Assembly: GCA_023920165.1 (NCBI GenBank)
Contig: CP089275.1
Span: 3,038,001 to 3,102,000 of the forward strand
Origin: Curvularia clavata
Taxonomy: Eukaryota
Direction of reading: 5' to 3'
Length of the DNA: 64,000 nt
The notes under the pieces were generated by a model. It searched no databases, had not been told where the DNA came from, and saw only the letters and a list, made by a program, of their open reading frames with translations. Shown here in pieces: positions 1 to 13,713 of the stretch; the stretch's first letter is position 1; each line of letters starts with the position of its first letter. The translations under genes were made by a program, and so were the position numbers.

Positions 1-336
1 TGTTTGGGAGCGCAATAAGCTAGCGCTCGTCTGACATGCAGACGCAGCGCGCCGATGGCTGCGTGGGCATTACAGAGATGGCGCCTATCGGCAAATACAT
101 TTGATGCAAACACATGCAGAGTACATGGATCCCCAGACCGGGGTCGTGGCGCAGAGGAACCTCATTGGTATTGAACGCCTTGAAAACAAGCACCGCCCAT
201 CATGATATCACGGCGAAGCCGAGAGACAAACTTGTGCAGTTCAAGTCCAGAGGATACCTTTAAGCCAAATCTCGACCGTTCGGGATTGAGATGGCAAGAT
301 GCATTTCACTTCCTTCGTCACTTTTCCATTTAAAGC

Positions 337-1570
337 ATGGCGATGGCGATGACCACCCCAGCTGTCGCTCTACCAACCGGCCCTGGAGGCATCCCCACGT
401 CTTTGTGGAGTTTGCCGGCGATGCCACCACCTGCTGGTCGAACGCCAAATTTTGAAAATCCGGAAAATCACGGCAGAGAGTTGATTGTATTGAACGCTGT
501 ATTCTTGAGTATTACGCTGATAGCGTTGGTGTTACGTTTCACTGCACGCTGCAGCTCTAAAGAAAGACTTGGTTGGGATGACTGTAAGCTACTGTGTCTG
601 TGTATTCTATTGGCGCTTATATGGATTAGTGTTTTGTGTCCTCGCGACATTCACCTCGGTCGCCCACAGTGGACTCATGATCTCCAGTGAGTGACCGGCC
701 TACTGCGTTGTTCTGGTATGGCTCTAACCAGAGCGCCAGGTCTCAATATCGGCTATGGCAGGCATTTATGGGACATTCGTGCGGTGACTTTGACACATTC
801 AAGAGTTTTGGTGCGTTTCTCTTCTATGAACATCTGCCGTTTCTAACCTACTGCAGCGATTCAGTCAGTTATCCACATTGTACATTATCGGCATCTGCTT
901 TGCGAAACTATCCGTCTTGTTGATGTACCTTCGATTCTTCGAGGTTGTCGACTTCACACGCCATCTGATCTACTTCGGCATCTTCTTGACTCTCTTTACG
1001 TCTGCGGCATTTATCGGCCATGGGATCGCGCAAACAGTGGTGTGCATAAACGTTTCGGCTGTGACGAACAAATTTTGTCAAGCCGTCAGCAAGGTCGTCA
1101 TTGCTCAAGCAAGTGTCAATGTTGCAATGGAATTTTACATCTTAATGATCCCGCTTCAGCAAGTCTACAAACTCAATATGGACTCACAAAGGAAGCTCGG
1201 ACTTGCTGCTGTTTTCGGAATAGGTCTTGTGTAAGTCATTCCGCCCAAGACACAACTGAATAAGTCTAAACTAAACGTAACAAGAGCCTGCATTGCCAGC
1301 GCTCTTCGCTTGGGGTGGTCAGTGAGGAACCTACACGAGCCCGATATCTTATGGGCGGCTGCTCTGATCTCGGAAATGTCCATTGTGGAGATGAACACCG
1401 CCATCATCGCGCCATGTCTTTGTCTTTGTATCTGCTACTACAAAGCACAACACCGGCGAAATGTCCCGCCTACAATTGTTACCGATGAGGAGCGGACAAA
1501 AAGCTTCATCGGAAGACTTCTATTCTGGACCACATCACACGGGCGCACACTGCAAGATACAGAACCTTGA
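337..1570 (+). CDS. PTH11-like fungal rhodopsin-domain (7TM) integral membrane protein, no CFEM domain; multi-exon
   Basis: N-terminal PPPAGRTPNFENP, TM1 followed by LRF..LGWDD, GYGRHxWD-type loop, AKLSVLLMYLRFF, RKLGLAAVFGIG and EMNTAII motifs. Introns include 584-629 (GTAAGC..TAG) and donors at 688 and 1231. The exact start Met (337/343/349) is uncertain. Confidence 0.85.
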
Positions 1571-2383
1571 TCCAATACAGCTCGTCTCAGTTTTTGAGAA
1601 GCTACCTACGTCGAAGCCACCAATCCTGTTCCTGGACACGGTTGATACTTGATATCTTGTATGTGCAGGGAGTTGGCTCAAGTCAGCTACGCAAAACTTT
1701 GCAGTGGTAAGATTGCAAAAACCAAGGTGTTATCATTGTCCGCCAAACATATGTCAACACTCACTATGCCAATGCAGTTTTGTCTACCAAGAGAGCCTTG
1801 TGGTCTTGTAGAAAATCCACGATATTACGAATCGCACATATTGACGCCGAGCTACTTTCCTGCGGTGACAAGGATTATCCGTAAATCGCGTGTCGGATAA
1901 AACCAAAGCAAAATATACCCGGTAACACAAAGATCGTCGTGAGCACCCAATGCTACGGAACTACGCGTTTAGTATTACTAGAATTCTCCTGCTAAGAACC
2001 CATGTCCCTCTCCATCTTGATCCAGAGCACTAGACCCCTGCACTACCTTTCGAGTGCTCAATGACTCTCTCCTACAAACTTACCCTTCCATTCTTACACG
2101 CTCCTCGATTCCAACACGTCTTTACATGCGGGTAAGGCCCACGAGTTTAATTTTTTCTTCGAAATTTAGGCGTGCAAGAAAGGGGTTGGGAAACCGTGCC
2201 GCAGCATCCCACAATCTATTGAAGTTGCTGCCTTGCCACATCCCTGCATTGCTATAGTAAACTCTGTCAAGACGGATGAACTGAACTCTTCGCTGCTTCT
2301 TTTCCTCACCAAATCTCTGGACTAAATATCCCACAGCTACAAGGAAAACAATATCTGCATCATCTCTCCCTGATAATCTTATC

Positions 2384-3484
2384 ATGAGCGACATCAAAAT
2401 TGATGGCCCCGTCCTGATACTCGGCGGCTGTGGCTTCCTTGGACACCACCTCGTCCGTGAATTCTCTCGCGCGACGTCCAAAATCTTTGTCGCTGATATA
2501 AACACTGAGTGCAACCGCAATCCAAACGCCACCTATCTTACCGCCAACATCCTCTCGCTCGATCAAGTCGCCAAGGTCTTCCAGGAAGTAAAGCCACAAG
2601 TCGTGCTACATACGATTTCGCCTTACCCTTTCGAAGTCGACCGCTCTGTGCTGGAGAGAGTGAATGTAGTCGGAACAGGAAACATCATCCAATGTGCCAA
2701 AGCCGTTGGCACTGTTCGCGCATTCGTCTACACCTCTAGTTCATCTGTTGTGCACAACCAGCGCGAACCCATGGTCAAAGCAACTGAGGACTTCCCTGTG
2801 CTATTCTATCCCGACCAGCCAGAGTTCTATTCTCATACCAAAGCGCTCGCAGAAAAGATGGTGCTCGCGGCAAACCGTCAAAACGGCATGTTGACTGCAT
2901 CCGTCCGGCCCGCGGCCCTATACGGTGCTGGTGACGGCATCATGACAACAAATGTTACGCAACAAGCCCTCAGTGGTCGTGCAAATATTCAATTTGGCAG
3001 CAAATCATATCTCTACGATACGTGCTACGTGGAAAATTGCACGTATGCGCAAATGCTTATCGTTAAAGCGCTCCTCGAAGCCAGCGCATCAGCACCGCTA
3101 CCAGCGGACGAAAAGATCGAGGGTGAAGCCTTCTTCGTCACAAACGACGAGCATATTCCCTTTTGGAATATTTCCAGACTCGTTGCCGAGCTCATAGGCA
3201 CGCCAGTCAAAGAAGAGGAAGTCAAATGCATTCCGATATGGTTCATGACGGCTTTTGCTTGGATGAGTTCTTGGTTACTCTGGATCTTTTCATTTGGTCG
3301 CAAACAGCCGAAGCTCACGCCCTGGGTGATTCGCCTCTTGACGATGGAGCGCACACTTTGTATAGATAAGGTTAAGAAGCGGCTTGGTTACAAGCCTAAG
3401 TTCACGAACAGGGAGGGCTGGGAGGAGGCGTTGAAGTGGGCGCTGCCGAAAGTGAAGGGTGACAAGGAGGGTAAAACTGCTTAG
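2384..3484 (+). CDS. 3-beta-hydroxysteroid dehydrogenase / sterol-4-alpha-carboxylate 3-dehydrogenase (ERG26/NSDHL-like paralog)
   Basis: Single 366-aa ORF with GGCGFLG Rossmann motif, YTSSSSVV, catalytic YSHTK (YxxxK), RPAALYG and a hydrophobic C-terminal segment. Confidence 0.88.
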   Translation: MSDIKIDGPVLILGGCGFLGHHLVREFSRATSKIFVADINTECNRNPNATYLTANILSLDQVAKVFQEVKPQVVLHTISPYPFEVDRSVLERVNVVGTGNIIQCAKAVGTVRAFVYTSSSSVVHNQREPMVKATEDFPVLFYPDQPEFYSHTKALAEKMVLAANRQNGMLTASVRPAALYGAGDGIMTTNVTQQALSGRANIQFGSKSYLYDTCYVENCTYAQMLIVKALLEASASAPLPADEKIEGEAFFVTNDEHIPFWNISRLVAELIGTPVKEEEVKCIPIWFMTAFAWMSSWLLWIFSFGRKQPKLTPWVIRLLTMERTLCIDKVKKRLGYKPKFTNREGWEEALKWALPKVKGDKEGKTA

Positions 3485-4104
3485 ACCTAGGACGATGTGA
3501 TTTCTGCAACTAATACCTAGGGATTTAGTTTCGCTGTTTTCTGGAAATCAAATTGAATGAAGTAGTGATCGCGCTCATTTCTACCGTGTGTTGAACAGAT
3601 GGTATGGTTAGCGTGGCGCAGTAGCACCATGTGACTGAATGTCTAGTTAATTAGCAGATTGAGCGTCTTTGCATCAAGAAAGTATAGCAAGATATCGAAG
3701 AGAGCAATCGTCTCAATATAAAAGTAACAACTACATACATGCTCAGATTATCGTGATGTCATTCGCAAATACCTTACTGCAACGCCCCTAGTTGCAATGC
3801 ACGCAATTGGCTCTCGACTTTACAAACACACCCAAATCCCATGTTTGGAAAATTTCCTTTATCAAACAATAGTAAGACACCTTATCACCAAGCGGGAATC
3901 ACCTACGCGCTACGAATGCTAACTGGATTGCAGAGCGGATTCGATGCCCAGAAGTAGCTTATTACCGACGCGCGATGGATGGGCTATCAGATGCATGTAT
4001 TCCTTCGCTTCAAGACCCCAGTCGAGCGAGGGCAAAAACGTAGGGTTCGCGTCAAACGTTTCGCCTTTCGTCTTCTTTCTTCATCATATCTCGAAATAAA
4101 AATC

Positions 4105-5811
4105 ATGGCGATACCATGGGGTGCCGTCGATCTCCACACTCTCAGCCTCATCTACCTCCCTATTTTGCTTGCCGTATATAGCCTCGTCTGGACCCTCTAT
4201 ACATTGACCTGGCACCCTCTATCTAGCATTCCCGGACCTTTTTGGGCATGTATTTCCCGTACATGGCTTATGTACCACCATGGCATTGGCGATGTAGACA
4301 TGGCGACACGAGAGCTACACAAGCGCTACGGCCCTATTGTGCGGATCGCTCCAGATGAAGTTACAGTGGCGGATCCGAGTGCGCTGCCGCTCATTTTTCC
4401 TGTTCAAAAGCCATTGCAGAAAACGGATTGGTATATCCCGTGGCGACCAAAGGGCCTGGGCTCTCAGCCAGATTTGTTCACCCAGACAGATGAGAAGGCG
4501 CATACAGCGTACAGAAAAATTGTCGGAGGCGTGTACTCGCTGTCTAGTATTTTGAGGAACGAGGCGGGCTTAGATGAGATGCTTGAGCTTTTTATGGAAC
4601 GATTGGCGAGCTTTGCGGATCGTGGCGAGGAGTTTGACTTTGGGCTTTGGCTGGAGATGTGAGTTCTAATATTTTACATTTTCGAAGGTTTTCTCCGCAG
4701 TTCACTAACGTGGGAGTATGCAGGTACGCGTTTGATAATATCGGTGTGGCGTTGTTTGGTCACGCTTTTGGGTTCTTGCGTGATAGCGTAGACTACAACG
4801 GCTACATCCATGCTGTCCATCTTGCGATGCCCTTCCTTACGCTCTTGACGGTGACACCGTACTATGCACAGCCGTTTCTAATGCTCGTCGCCGTGTGTAT
4901 CCCCAAACTACTTAAGGCTGTGCTAGCGGTAGAGGATATCAAGAAGTCAGCAATCAAAGAGACCCAGAAAGCCACTGAGCGGTCAAGGGAGGTGACAGGA
5001 AACCGGCCAGATGTTACCTCTCAGCTTCTTGCCATTGTACAAGAAAAGGGGGAGAAGGTGAACTACTCGCACAGGGAAATCACGTCGGACATGTGGGTGG
5101 GAATGTAGGTACTCGGGCACAAAACCCCAACTCATTACACTGACAAAACACAGCATGGCAGGCGCAGATAGTACAGCAGTAACTATGAGGTCTGTAATGT
5201 ACTTTCTGATGAAGAATCCCGATAAGCTGGAGAAAGTCCGAGCAGAGGTCGATGCAGCTTTCGAAGACGGCACGCTTTCATCACCTGTGCCATATAGCCG
5301 GGTGTCGACGCTGCCGTATTTAACTGCGGTGATCAAGGAAGCTGGGCGGCTATTTCCTGCATTTTCAGTGTCCATGCCTCGGTATGCACCAAGCCAAGGT
5401 CTTACGCTTTGCGGCAAATATATCCCAGGAGGCTATACTGTCGGCATGAATCCGGCTATCGTTCAGCACGACAGAGGTGTTTTTGGGGCAAACTCGCATG
5501 AATTCGAACCTGAGAGGTGGCTTGAGAGCGAGGAGCGGACACGAGCGATGAACAGGGCCATACTCAGCTGGGGTGCTGGGACACGGACGTGCGTGGGGAA
5601 GCCAGTAGGTGGCTCCAGAAGTGACTACCAGGTGCTTACTGACAGTGCACAGCTCGCCTTGACCGAAGTTTACAAAGTTACGGCGGAGATCTTGCGCCGG
5701 TTTACCTTTGAAATGGCGCACGACCGGCCTTGGAAGGTCCAGAACTGCTCTTTCAATGTTCAGACGGATGTGGTGTGCAGGTTCAAGAGGAGGGATTTGA
5801 CTGGCACGTGA
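4105..5811 (+). CDS. Cytochrome P450 monooxygenase (4 exons)
   Basis: N-terminal TM anchor followed by HPLSSIPGP, I-helix AGADSTA, ExxR (KEAGR), PERW and heme motif SWGAGTRTCVG. Introns at ~4659-4723, ~5105-5153 and 5605-5652. Confidence 0.93.
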
Positions 5812-6557
5812 AGGTCGTTGCAGACAATATGAGTACTGTGAGCAGACGCAGACCATTCTAAGCACCGATTTCCAGATTTGGGGCAGAGGGCGTGTGGTGC
5901 ATTTCCTACAAAGCACAGATGCAAAATGTGGTGGGGACAATGTAACTACCAGGAAGACCCTCGCAGCAAACGCGCCACGGAGCAGATCATCCAGGACGAG
6001 AATCAACAGATTTGAGAATCAATTGCCCCAATAGGCAGGTCGAGATGTTGGACGGTACGGCCTGGCCAGACGGTGGTTCGCTCGAGTGAATGAAGGATGT
6101 CGGTCGGGTGGGTGCATCCCCCTGTGCTATTGTGAGTTTGTCGCTCCGCCAGCCTCCCTATGGACGAAGCCGCGAAGTTGCACGCATGCATGCTGTGGCG
6201 TGCGATGGCAGACATAAGGATTGTTGAAGCCGAGAGTGGATGCAGATGCAATGCAGATGATGATTGACACAGGGGTGTTTCGATGACAACAGAGGACGAG
6301 GGGCCGGCTGCCTCAATTTGGATGGCACACGGCCACGATCCTGCTTGTTCCCTAGTCGCCCACCCGCTAACCCTGCCCTTACTCAGCCACGACTCTCTCC
6401 ATGTGAAGTTGCAGTCGTGCACACAGTAGTTGCATCTTTGCACTACTTTTTCCCGGTGCTTTCTGTCCCTCTCTCCATGTCGCGTCCCATTGCCTGCTCG
6501 TGTCCGTGATCCTGAACCAGCGCACCTCCGCGGCCAAGTCGAGATAGGAGACGTCCA

Positions 6558-9500
6558 ATGCCCCCCCAGGAGCGGCACCCATGGCACAAGCCTGATGTCG
6601 CCAACTTGCCCCCAGACTCGTATACGGCACAGAGATTGGTATGCAATTTGTTCAATACTGTGCAGACTACAGACTGACTAGCATTGCAGCAACATGCCAC
6701 GCCCGAGCATCTTCACCTCACCTCGAGGCGCTACTTCATTGGCCCTATCCCGGTACGCCTCTTCCCCACCATGTTCCTCGGCCCTACCCTACCGACACTG
6801 ACTCTCTGTCTAGACAGCATGGCTAACCAAGCATCGACGCGACTGGTACAAGCATCATCTCCGCATTAACTACTCGACGCGCGCCGGAACCTTTTCCTCA
6901 GATCCACGCGAAGCCCGCCAACGACGGTTGAGCGGACTCGAAGGCCCCAGTTCTTCCGCCCTATTCCAGCACAGTTTCCCCCAGCCCGAAGATCTCGATG
7001 CAGACGAGGGAGAAGAGAACGAGAGACAAGGGAAAGGCGGGCAGCAGTCTGAAGCGAGCGGCGCAAATGGTGAAGCAGGTGTAACTTCGGCAACACCGCC
7101 AGCCTTGCAGATACCTCGCAGCTCGGAGCAGAGGGAGGATGTAGTGACAGAGGCGGAAGAAGAATACTTTGTCGACGCGCCTTCTGAACCAGAGGATGGT
7201 CATGGCGACGACGAACACATGCCACCGCCAGCGACACGGCGGTCAAGCGAGAAGACGTTTGTGACTGCCTCCTCTGTGCCGATAACAGATCCGAACGACG
7301 ACCGCCCTACAGAAGACCAAGAGCCGCAGCAGGAGGAACAGCACCAGCGGCATGATGAGGAGGAGCAGGAGCAGGAGCTGCATGAGGAGCAGCACCAGGC
7401 GCAGCCAAGTGGACTACAAGTTCCCTCAAACGGAACCGAGACAAGATCCAAGTCGTTGGGCAAGCGCCCGCTCTCCAACACAGAGAGTCTTGGGCATCCT
7501 GCGTCTACTACGGGAGCTGCTTCTGTAGATGCAAATTCAACATCGTCTCTGCTACGTAACACTGACGTGAACAAGGCACCGGCGGTCACGGACGTCGATC
7601 CAAATCCACCCGCAAAGGGCATACTGGCCAAGGTCAGGAGAAAATCTGGAATGCCTTCTTCTTCCACTGGGCAAGCCAAGGATGCAGACGCCACGCTAGC
7701 AGAACTGACGCGGAAGAAATCATCCATCCGAAATCTAGTCAAATTTGATGTCCCTGAAGATTCGAGGCGAGCTGCCGTCCACCTCAAAGCTAAAAAGGCA
7801 CAGATGACTATCCAGCGAGCAGGTACCAGGGTCCGACGGCGGAACATCAAGGAAGGCCTCGTCGTCAAGATGGAGCGCATGCTCGTTCGTGTCGACGCTA
7901 CAGCGGAGGTCCCAGAGGACTTTGACGAAAACGCCAATCAACGAGTTGTGTCTCGCATCAAAAGCAAGTGGCGCGAGTACATGGTTGTCTGCCGCCATAG
8001 CCACGTCGATGGCGCCGACTTTGTCTTGCAATTTTACCAGACTCGAGTCATTCCCGAAATCGAGAGTGCAGGTGCGAGTAAAAAGGCTGCGTATCAAGTA
8101 CCCCTCAGTCGCAAGACTAGCAAGGTGAATCTGTACTCTCCTCTAGACAAGACCATGGTTGTCTCGTCGCCCACGTCACGCGAGACATTGATCTTCATCA
8201 TGCAAGCCAGGACTGCCTCCAATGCCGTCGAGTGGTACACCTTTGTCCGGAACTTACTCGGCTGGCAACGCGCTTCTGAGCTGCAAATCAATATACCAGA
8301 TATGAGTTTGAGCGTGAGCATAGTGAATCCATTCGCACAGCTGGAGGCGTCACAAAGCAAAGTGCAGTGCGCGGATGATACCGAACAGGCTCTCCTGAAA
8401 ACAATGCAGGAAGAAGAGGCGGTTGCAGAGAATCTGATAAGGCGTTGCTTGGATCAACTGGAAGATGTGCCAGAATGGTCCGATGTCTTAGCATCGTGGA
8501 TGAAAGACCAGCGTATCGGTCTCGCCTGGAAGCGTTACGACCGGCTTGAATGGATACATGGCGCCAACGAGCGGAAGATGTACGGCACCATTGCCATGCT
8601 CAAGTCACATGAGCTAGAACTCCGGCCCAAGACACACTACCCCACAACAGCGGTTACGCGAAAGAAGCACAAGACGCTGACCGAGCCGGTCCCAGTAGAA
8701 GGCTTTCTTATTCGACTGACTGGACAGCGTGGTCGATCCAAACGTCTAGGTCTCATGTACCACAAACAGCTCTACTTTGCTAGCCATGACCAATACTTGG
8801 TCTTTTCGCGTCCCACCAAAGTGACTCCACCGCCGCCGCCACGACTACCTGCTTCAGAGAATGCGGCTGTGCCAACGGCAGAGGCGGTCCGAGAGGCGGT
8901 ACCGGACAGCTGGGCAGTCAATCCTTATGGGCTGGATAATGGCCAAATCGAATGGCTTGTAGAGGGCCACTCTGGCACAACAGAGACTAGACGCTTGCAC
9001 GACGAGGATGCACTGGACGAAGCCGTACGCAAAGAACAAAATCTTCTCAACTGCGATGGATATATCAATCTGGTTGACGTTGTCAAAGTCCGCAAAGCCC
9101 GGTTGGGCGCCAGTGCTGTTGACGAGGACCTCGAAGAAGGCTCGGATGTTGACTTTGACGAGGATGTTGACGACTCTATGAACAATGACGGCGTGACAAA
9201 CGATCTTGATATCGAGCGTACTTTGGAGCTGGTCATGAAGAATGGCCTCGTCATTCGTCTCCAGGTATGTAATTACACGCAATGCTCTTAGCCCGCTCTA
9301 ACCTGACTATTAGGCCGCAAACAAAGCTCGTCGAAAGGAGTGGGTACAACATCTCCGCGCCCTTGTTAAGTACTGGAAACATCGTACTGCGTCTGACATT
9401 GCCCTTTACAAATCAACGCGCAGTCGCAACCTCAGCGCCCTCAAGATTGACGAAGAAACTGAAGCCCACGTCGGTCAATTCGCTCGAAAATGGGAGGTGA

Positions 9501-10144
9501 CGCAGTCCTTCGCCTCACCCGAGCTCTACAACATGTGCGGCATCGCCTGCTGCCGCTCCATTCACATGAGCGGGATGCTGTACCGCAAACCCCGTATCCA
9601 CGCCCCTTTTACCCGATGCAGCGTCCTCCTCACTGCCGGCACGCTCCTCATCTTCCGTGACGTCCTGCGCAGCCGAAACGGCAAACAACTCGCGCACATC
9701 CACCATGAACGCATGGCCAATCTCGACCTAAAAGACTGTTATGTTTACTCCGGTCTCCTCACTGAATCCGACCTCCTCTACCAAAACCAAACCTTCGACG
9801 CAAACAAACCAGGCCACCACGCCCTTCCTCGCATCTATCTCGAAGACGGCTGGACCTCAACTGACGAAGACGTCATGACTACTTTCGTCATCTGGCACGG
9901 CAAAGCAAAGAGCTGGTTCCGCGCTGAAGAAGGGGCTGGCGCCGGCGAACAGAGTCGTAAAGAAGGCAAAAGAACGAAACTTAAGCGCGTAGCTAAACTG
10001 GGAAGCAAAGGCCGCAGTGTCGTATTTCGCGCGAGATCTCGAGCTGAAAGAGATCACTGGGTTCTGGCGATTCAGAATGAGATTGAGCGCGTGCAGGGGA
10101 CGGCGGCGGATTTTAGGCTCGAGGAGAGTAAGACGGTTGCTTAA
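6558..10144 (+). CDS. SPO71: Spo71/Mug56 PH-domain prospore-membrane protein
   Basis: The spliced N-terminus reads MPPQERHPW..DSYTAQRL|QHATPEHLHLTSRRYFIGPIP|..WLTKHRRDW, which I recognise as the Spo71 N-terminal motif. Also IGLAWKRYDRLEW, PVPVEGFLIRLT and C-terminal PH VFRARSRAERDHWV. Introns at ~6640-6689, ~6753-6813 and ~9265-9313. Confidence 0.9.
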
Positions 10145-10402
10145 TTGGTGAAGACTTTCTTTTGATCTCTTTTGCATAGGGAGTTGGTGCGAGGAAAATT
10201 CTAGGAAGAAAACCCTTTCTTTGTTGTATTATATATACTTAACCGGTAGCATTGTTTGGCATGGAGCAAGGAGGCATAAGCGGACTTTTTTCGGGACATC
10301 CATTTAGCGAGTATAGGAATAGGCTCTGATTGTATAATGTAATTCACCCATTATCTCACCCTTTCTTCTTGTAAAAAGGTGAAGTGCAATGAGATGTGGA
10401 AA

Positions 10403-10433
10403 ATGGTATGGTATGGTATGGTTTGGTTTGGTT
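10403..10433. repeat. Pentanucleotide microsatellite (ATGGT)n/(TTGGT)n
   Basis: atggtatggtatggtatggtttggtttggtt, between the convergent SPO71 and YVC1 3' ends. Confidence 0.7.
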
Positions 10434-10997
10434 CCATTTGATTTCATTTCGCGTGACGCACGTAACCATGGACGTTATAATAACAATAACTGACCACCCT
10501 TGCCAACTACACTTTCGTCCATTCCACACTGCCTAAACAAGAGGGAGAGTAAAAAATAGGTGCGTGATGTGGTAAACAAGGGGTCGCGAAAAAGAAGAGG
10601 GGAGGGGAGAGAGGCCAGACGGAGAGAAAGAACCCTTTCCCCTCCTCTCATCCCCTGCCATCGCATCCCTGACCCATTCTTCGCTCCCTAGCCGTTCCAA
10701 GAGCGGATGGGCAAAGGATAAAAGCACAGATTGGATGGATGGAAGGGAGAAGAGTAAGAGAGACAAGAGGTCCCCTCGATCAATCCGAATGCCAATCGCT
10801 CGCATTACTCTCGCCAAACTCACTCCTATAGAAGCGCCTAGATGATGCGGAAAAGCACGAAAAAGTCAATACAACAAGTACACACTGACAAAGAAAGGGG
10901 ATGTTACAAGAGTATTAAGAAAGAGAGTGAGAAAGACGGAAAAATTACAGGGCGATTAAGGAGGGGTTGTTGTGGGATGGGACAAAATAAGAAACAC

Positions 10998-13103
10998 TTA
11001 CTCATCCCTTGCACCGTTATCAGAGCTCTCGCCCACGCCCTGCATGCCCAATTTACTCGCGTCTAGTTTAGACAGACCGCTTTGGCCAAGGGTATCGTCG
11101 CCCCACTTGCTGATGCCACCGCCAGCACCATTCTCAATCAACGTCTTAAGCATATCCTTGAGTTCACCAACTTCCTTGCGGAGCTGACGGACCTCCAGCA
11201 CAGCAGTGTCGAACTCAACGTTTGGCTTCGAGCGCTGGACCTTCTTGTCCCAGCCATCGGCTTCAAAGTCGCAACCGTCGAGGACCTGTTCCCACTCCAT
11301 GACGGTGTCCTCGTCGTCTTCACCGCGTCGGCGATTCTCTTTGACGACCCAGGCTTCTTGTTGCTCAAGCATGGCGGTGACAATGAGAAGGGGAGAGTAG
11401 ATGACTGCCATGACCATGTCGTTAAGATGGTCGTAGCGCTTCTGGTCCATCCACCATTCAAAGGGTAGGATGAGGAAGAACATTTCGATGAGATTGAAGG
11501 GGGCGATGAAGACGTTCTCGTCAGGCGCACGCACAAACTGCATCGTCTTCTGAGAAAAGAGAGCCATGTACTCGTCAATGGCATTGGATGTGATATCCTC
11601 GTAGGCCGAGTTGTAGAGAGCGATGAGGACATTGAGGAGAATGACCATTACAACAAAGGTAAAGACGTAGTAGAGGATGATACCAAAGGGTGGCTAGCAT
11701 ACGTTAGCATTTACGAGCAGAAAGTCTTCCCTGCAAAACTTACCGAGAAGTTGTCAAAGCCCTCGAATTCAGGAGACTGCATGATGGCATTCAACATAGC
11801 TTGCATGACAAAGACAGTATCGTCCATCAGCTGGTCGTCCACCACGTCGAGAGCAATAAAGGCTTGGAAGAAACCGATAATGACAATGAATAGCAGGGCA
11901 AAGAAAATGAGCGATTCGCGCATCATGACTTTGAGCACAACAAGCATGGCGCCGAAGAAGCGGAACGTGTCAAGGTAGAGCAGCAGGCGCATCCAAAACA
12001 TGGGAGCAGTAAAGGCCAAAAAGTCGTAGCCCAACTTGTTGAAGTAGTCACGTCTTGTGTCCTGATCGTTACTTCTGGGGTGTCCAAGCGCAACCATACG
12101 CAGAACGAAGGAGATTGTGAGCAGCGCGTACAGCGTGCTGTTGAACATGTTCCAGAAGGATACGTAGTACCGGCCCACCTTCCAGAACTTGTTTACTTCA
12201 TCGCATATGAAGCCCAATGTGAAGAGGTACAGAAGGCCTTCGACAATATCCAGGTCACCTGAGGAGTTGATCGTATTCACGGCGCCCGTGTAGAGTCCCA
12301 GGAAGATGAGCGTCATGGCAATCTGGACCCAGTTCTGGTACTTGGGAACCCGCATGCGGTCAGGATCCAGATGGGCCCAGTAACTGGTGTTGGTCTTGTG
12401 CTCGTACGTGACGAAGCGACTCGGGTCCTCGTCGTCCTGAACCACCCAGCCCCTCCACAGGTAATTGATGCATTTTTGGTAGCCCGATGATCCAATAACA
12501 GTCACGGCGTGTAGGTCTACCGCCTTCTCGACGGCATTAGCAGGCGCAGTAGGCTCGCCGTCGATAAGAGTCGAGTAGCGCTTGAGAAGGACCTCTTCGA
12601 ACAGGTAGTCGATGTCCTCCTCGGCCTCAATCAAACGCTTTGCCATGATCTCGGCCGCCACCGCGCGGACATGGTGGAGGTCGGCGTCCCATAGCTCAGC
12701 CTTGGCTTGTGCAGTGAACCACTTCTTGACTTGCAGCAAGCAGTAGACGACACAGGCGTTGTGCTCGGGAGCGCCCGCCTGTTTTGCCGTCTCAAGCACG
12801 GCGTCGGTTATGATATGGCTATGTGCGCGAGTGACCTGGTCCTCTTCCAGCTCACAGGGTATGACTTGCTCGATCTGGTGCTTCAAGCGCAGGGCCACTA
12901 CAGTGACATCTTTGGGGTCAATGGGTGGGGGCGGCATGTGGTGTTCGCGGCGCGTGGTCGGTAGTACTGGCACATGTCAGCTCTCGATTTCTCCACCCAG
13001 GGCCAGATTGTGAAGCTCCCGTACGTGCGCTCGTCTCATCGTGTCCCCTGTGTCTCCCATCGCGGCGGTCGACCGAGGTGAACAGCTCACCCCACCGGAC
13101 CAT
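10998..13103 (-). CDS. YVC1: Vacuolar TRP-family Ca2+ channel Yvc1/TRPY1
   Basis: AVDLHAVTVIGSSGYQKCINYLWRGW, DPDRMRVPKYQN, six TM helices, VILLNVLIALYNSAY and VRAPDENVFIAPFN. Start MVRWGELF at 13103, with a short intron near 12970-13024 and another near 11690-11743. Confidence 0.95.
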
Positions 13104-13713
13104 TGTTGCGGTATAGCAGTTGGATTTAGGCTGTGTCAAGCGCCCGAGGTTGCAGAGGAAAACTGCTCCCAGAGTTCCAGGAGAGGGAACAAAGAAAGAG
13201 GCGGTAACAGGGCGACAGCAAAGCAGGCAGGAATGCTTGGTCCCGACCGGGATTGCGCCAACTAGCGTTTGGCTGCGCGGGCACCAAAAGCTGGACTGGC
13301 TTCAGGCTTGCCAACGCTCGCAAACCCACAAGGGTAGCGTCATTGCGACTATCTCCCGCCCTAGCCCGCGCCCGCGAGCGGCCCAAGCTCCCTCTAAACT
13401 CCGCTCAAGCACCGCAACCGAATTCAACACCACGCCGCCATCGTCAGCCTTGCAATGTGGACGAATCTTGGTAGTCAACAGCTGCTTTTGATTGCTTTCT
13501 TCTTCTCCCGTCTGCCCAGCTCTTCTCCAACGCTGGAAAAGCACGCATTGGCCGCGGAAGGATGCTATACATACATTTCAAGTCGTCCTGCACACGCTGA
13601 GATCCTTCCCCAAGTGTCCTTGTTGACGCCTTCAACGCCGCATGTCCCTTTTTGACAGCCATTGCTCCTCATCGTGATCTTCGTTGCTCGTACCAAGTCA
13701 TCTTTCAAACCGC

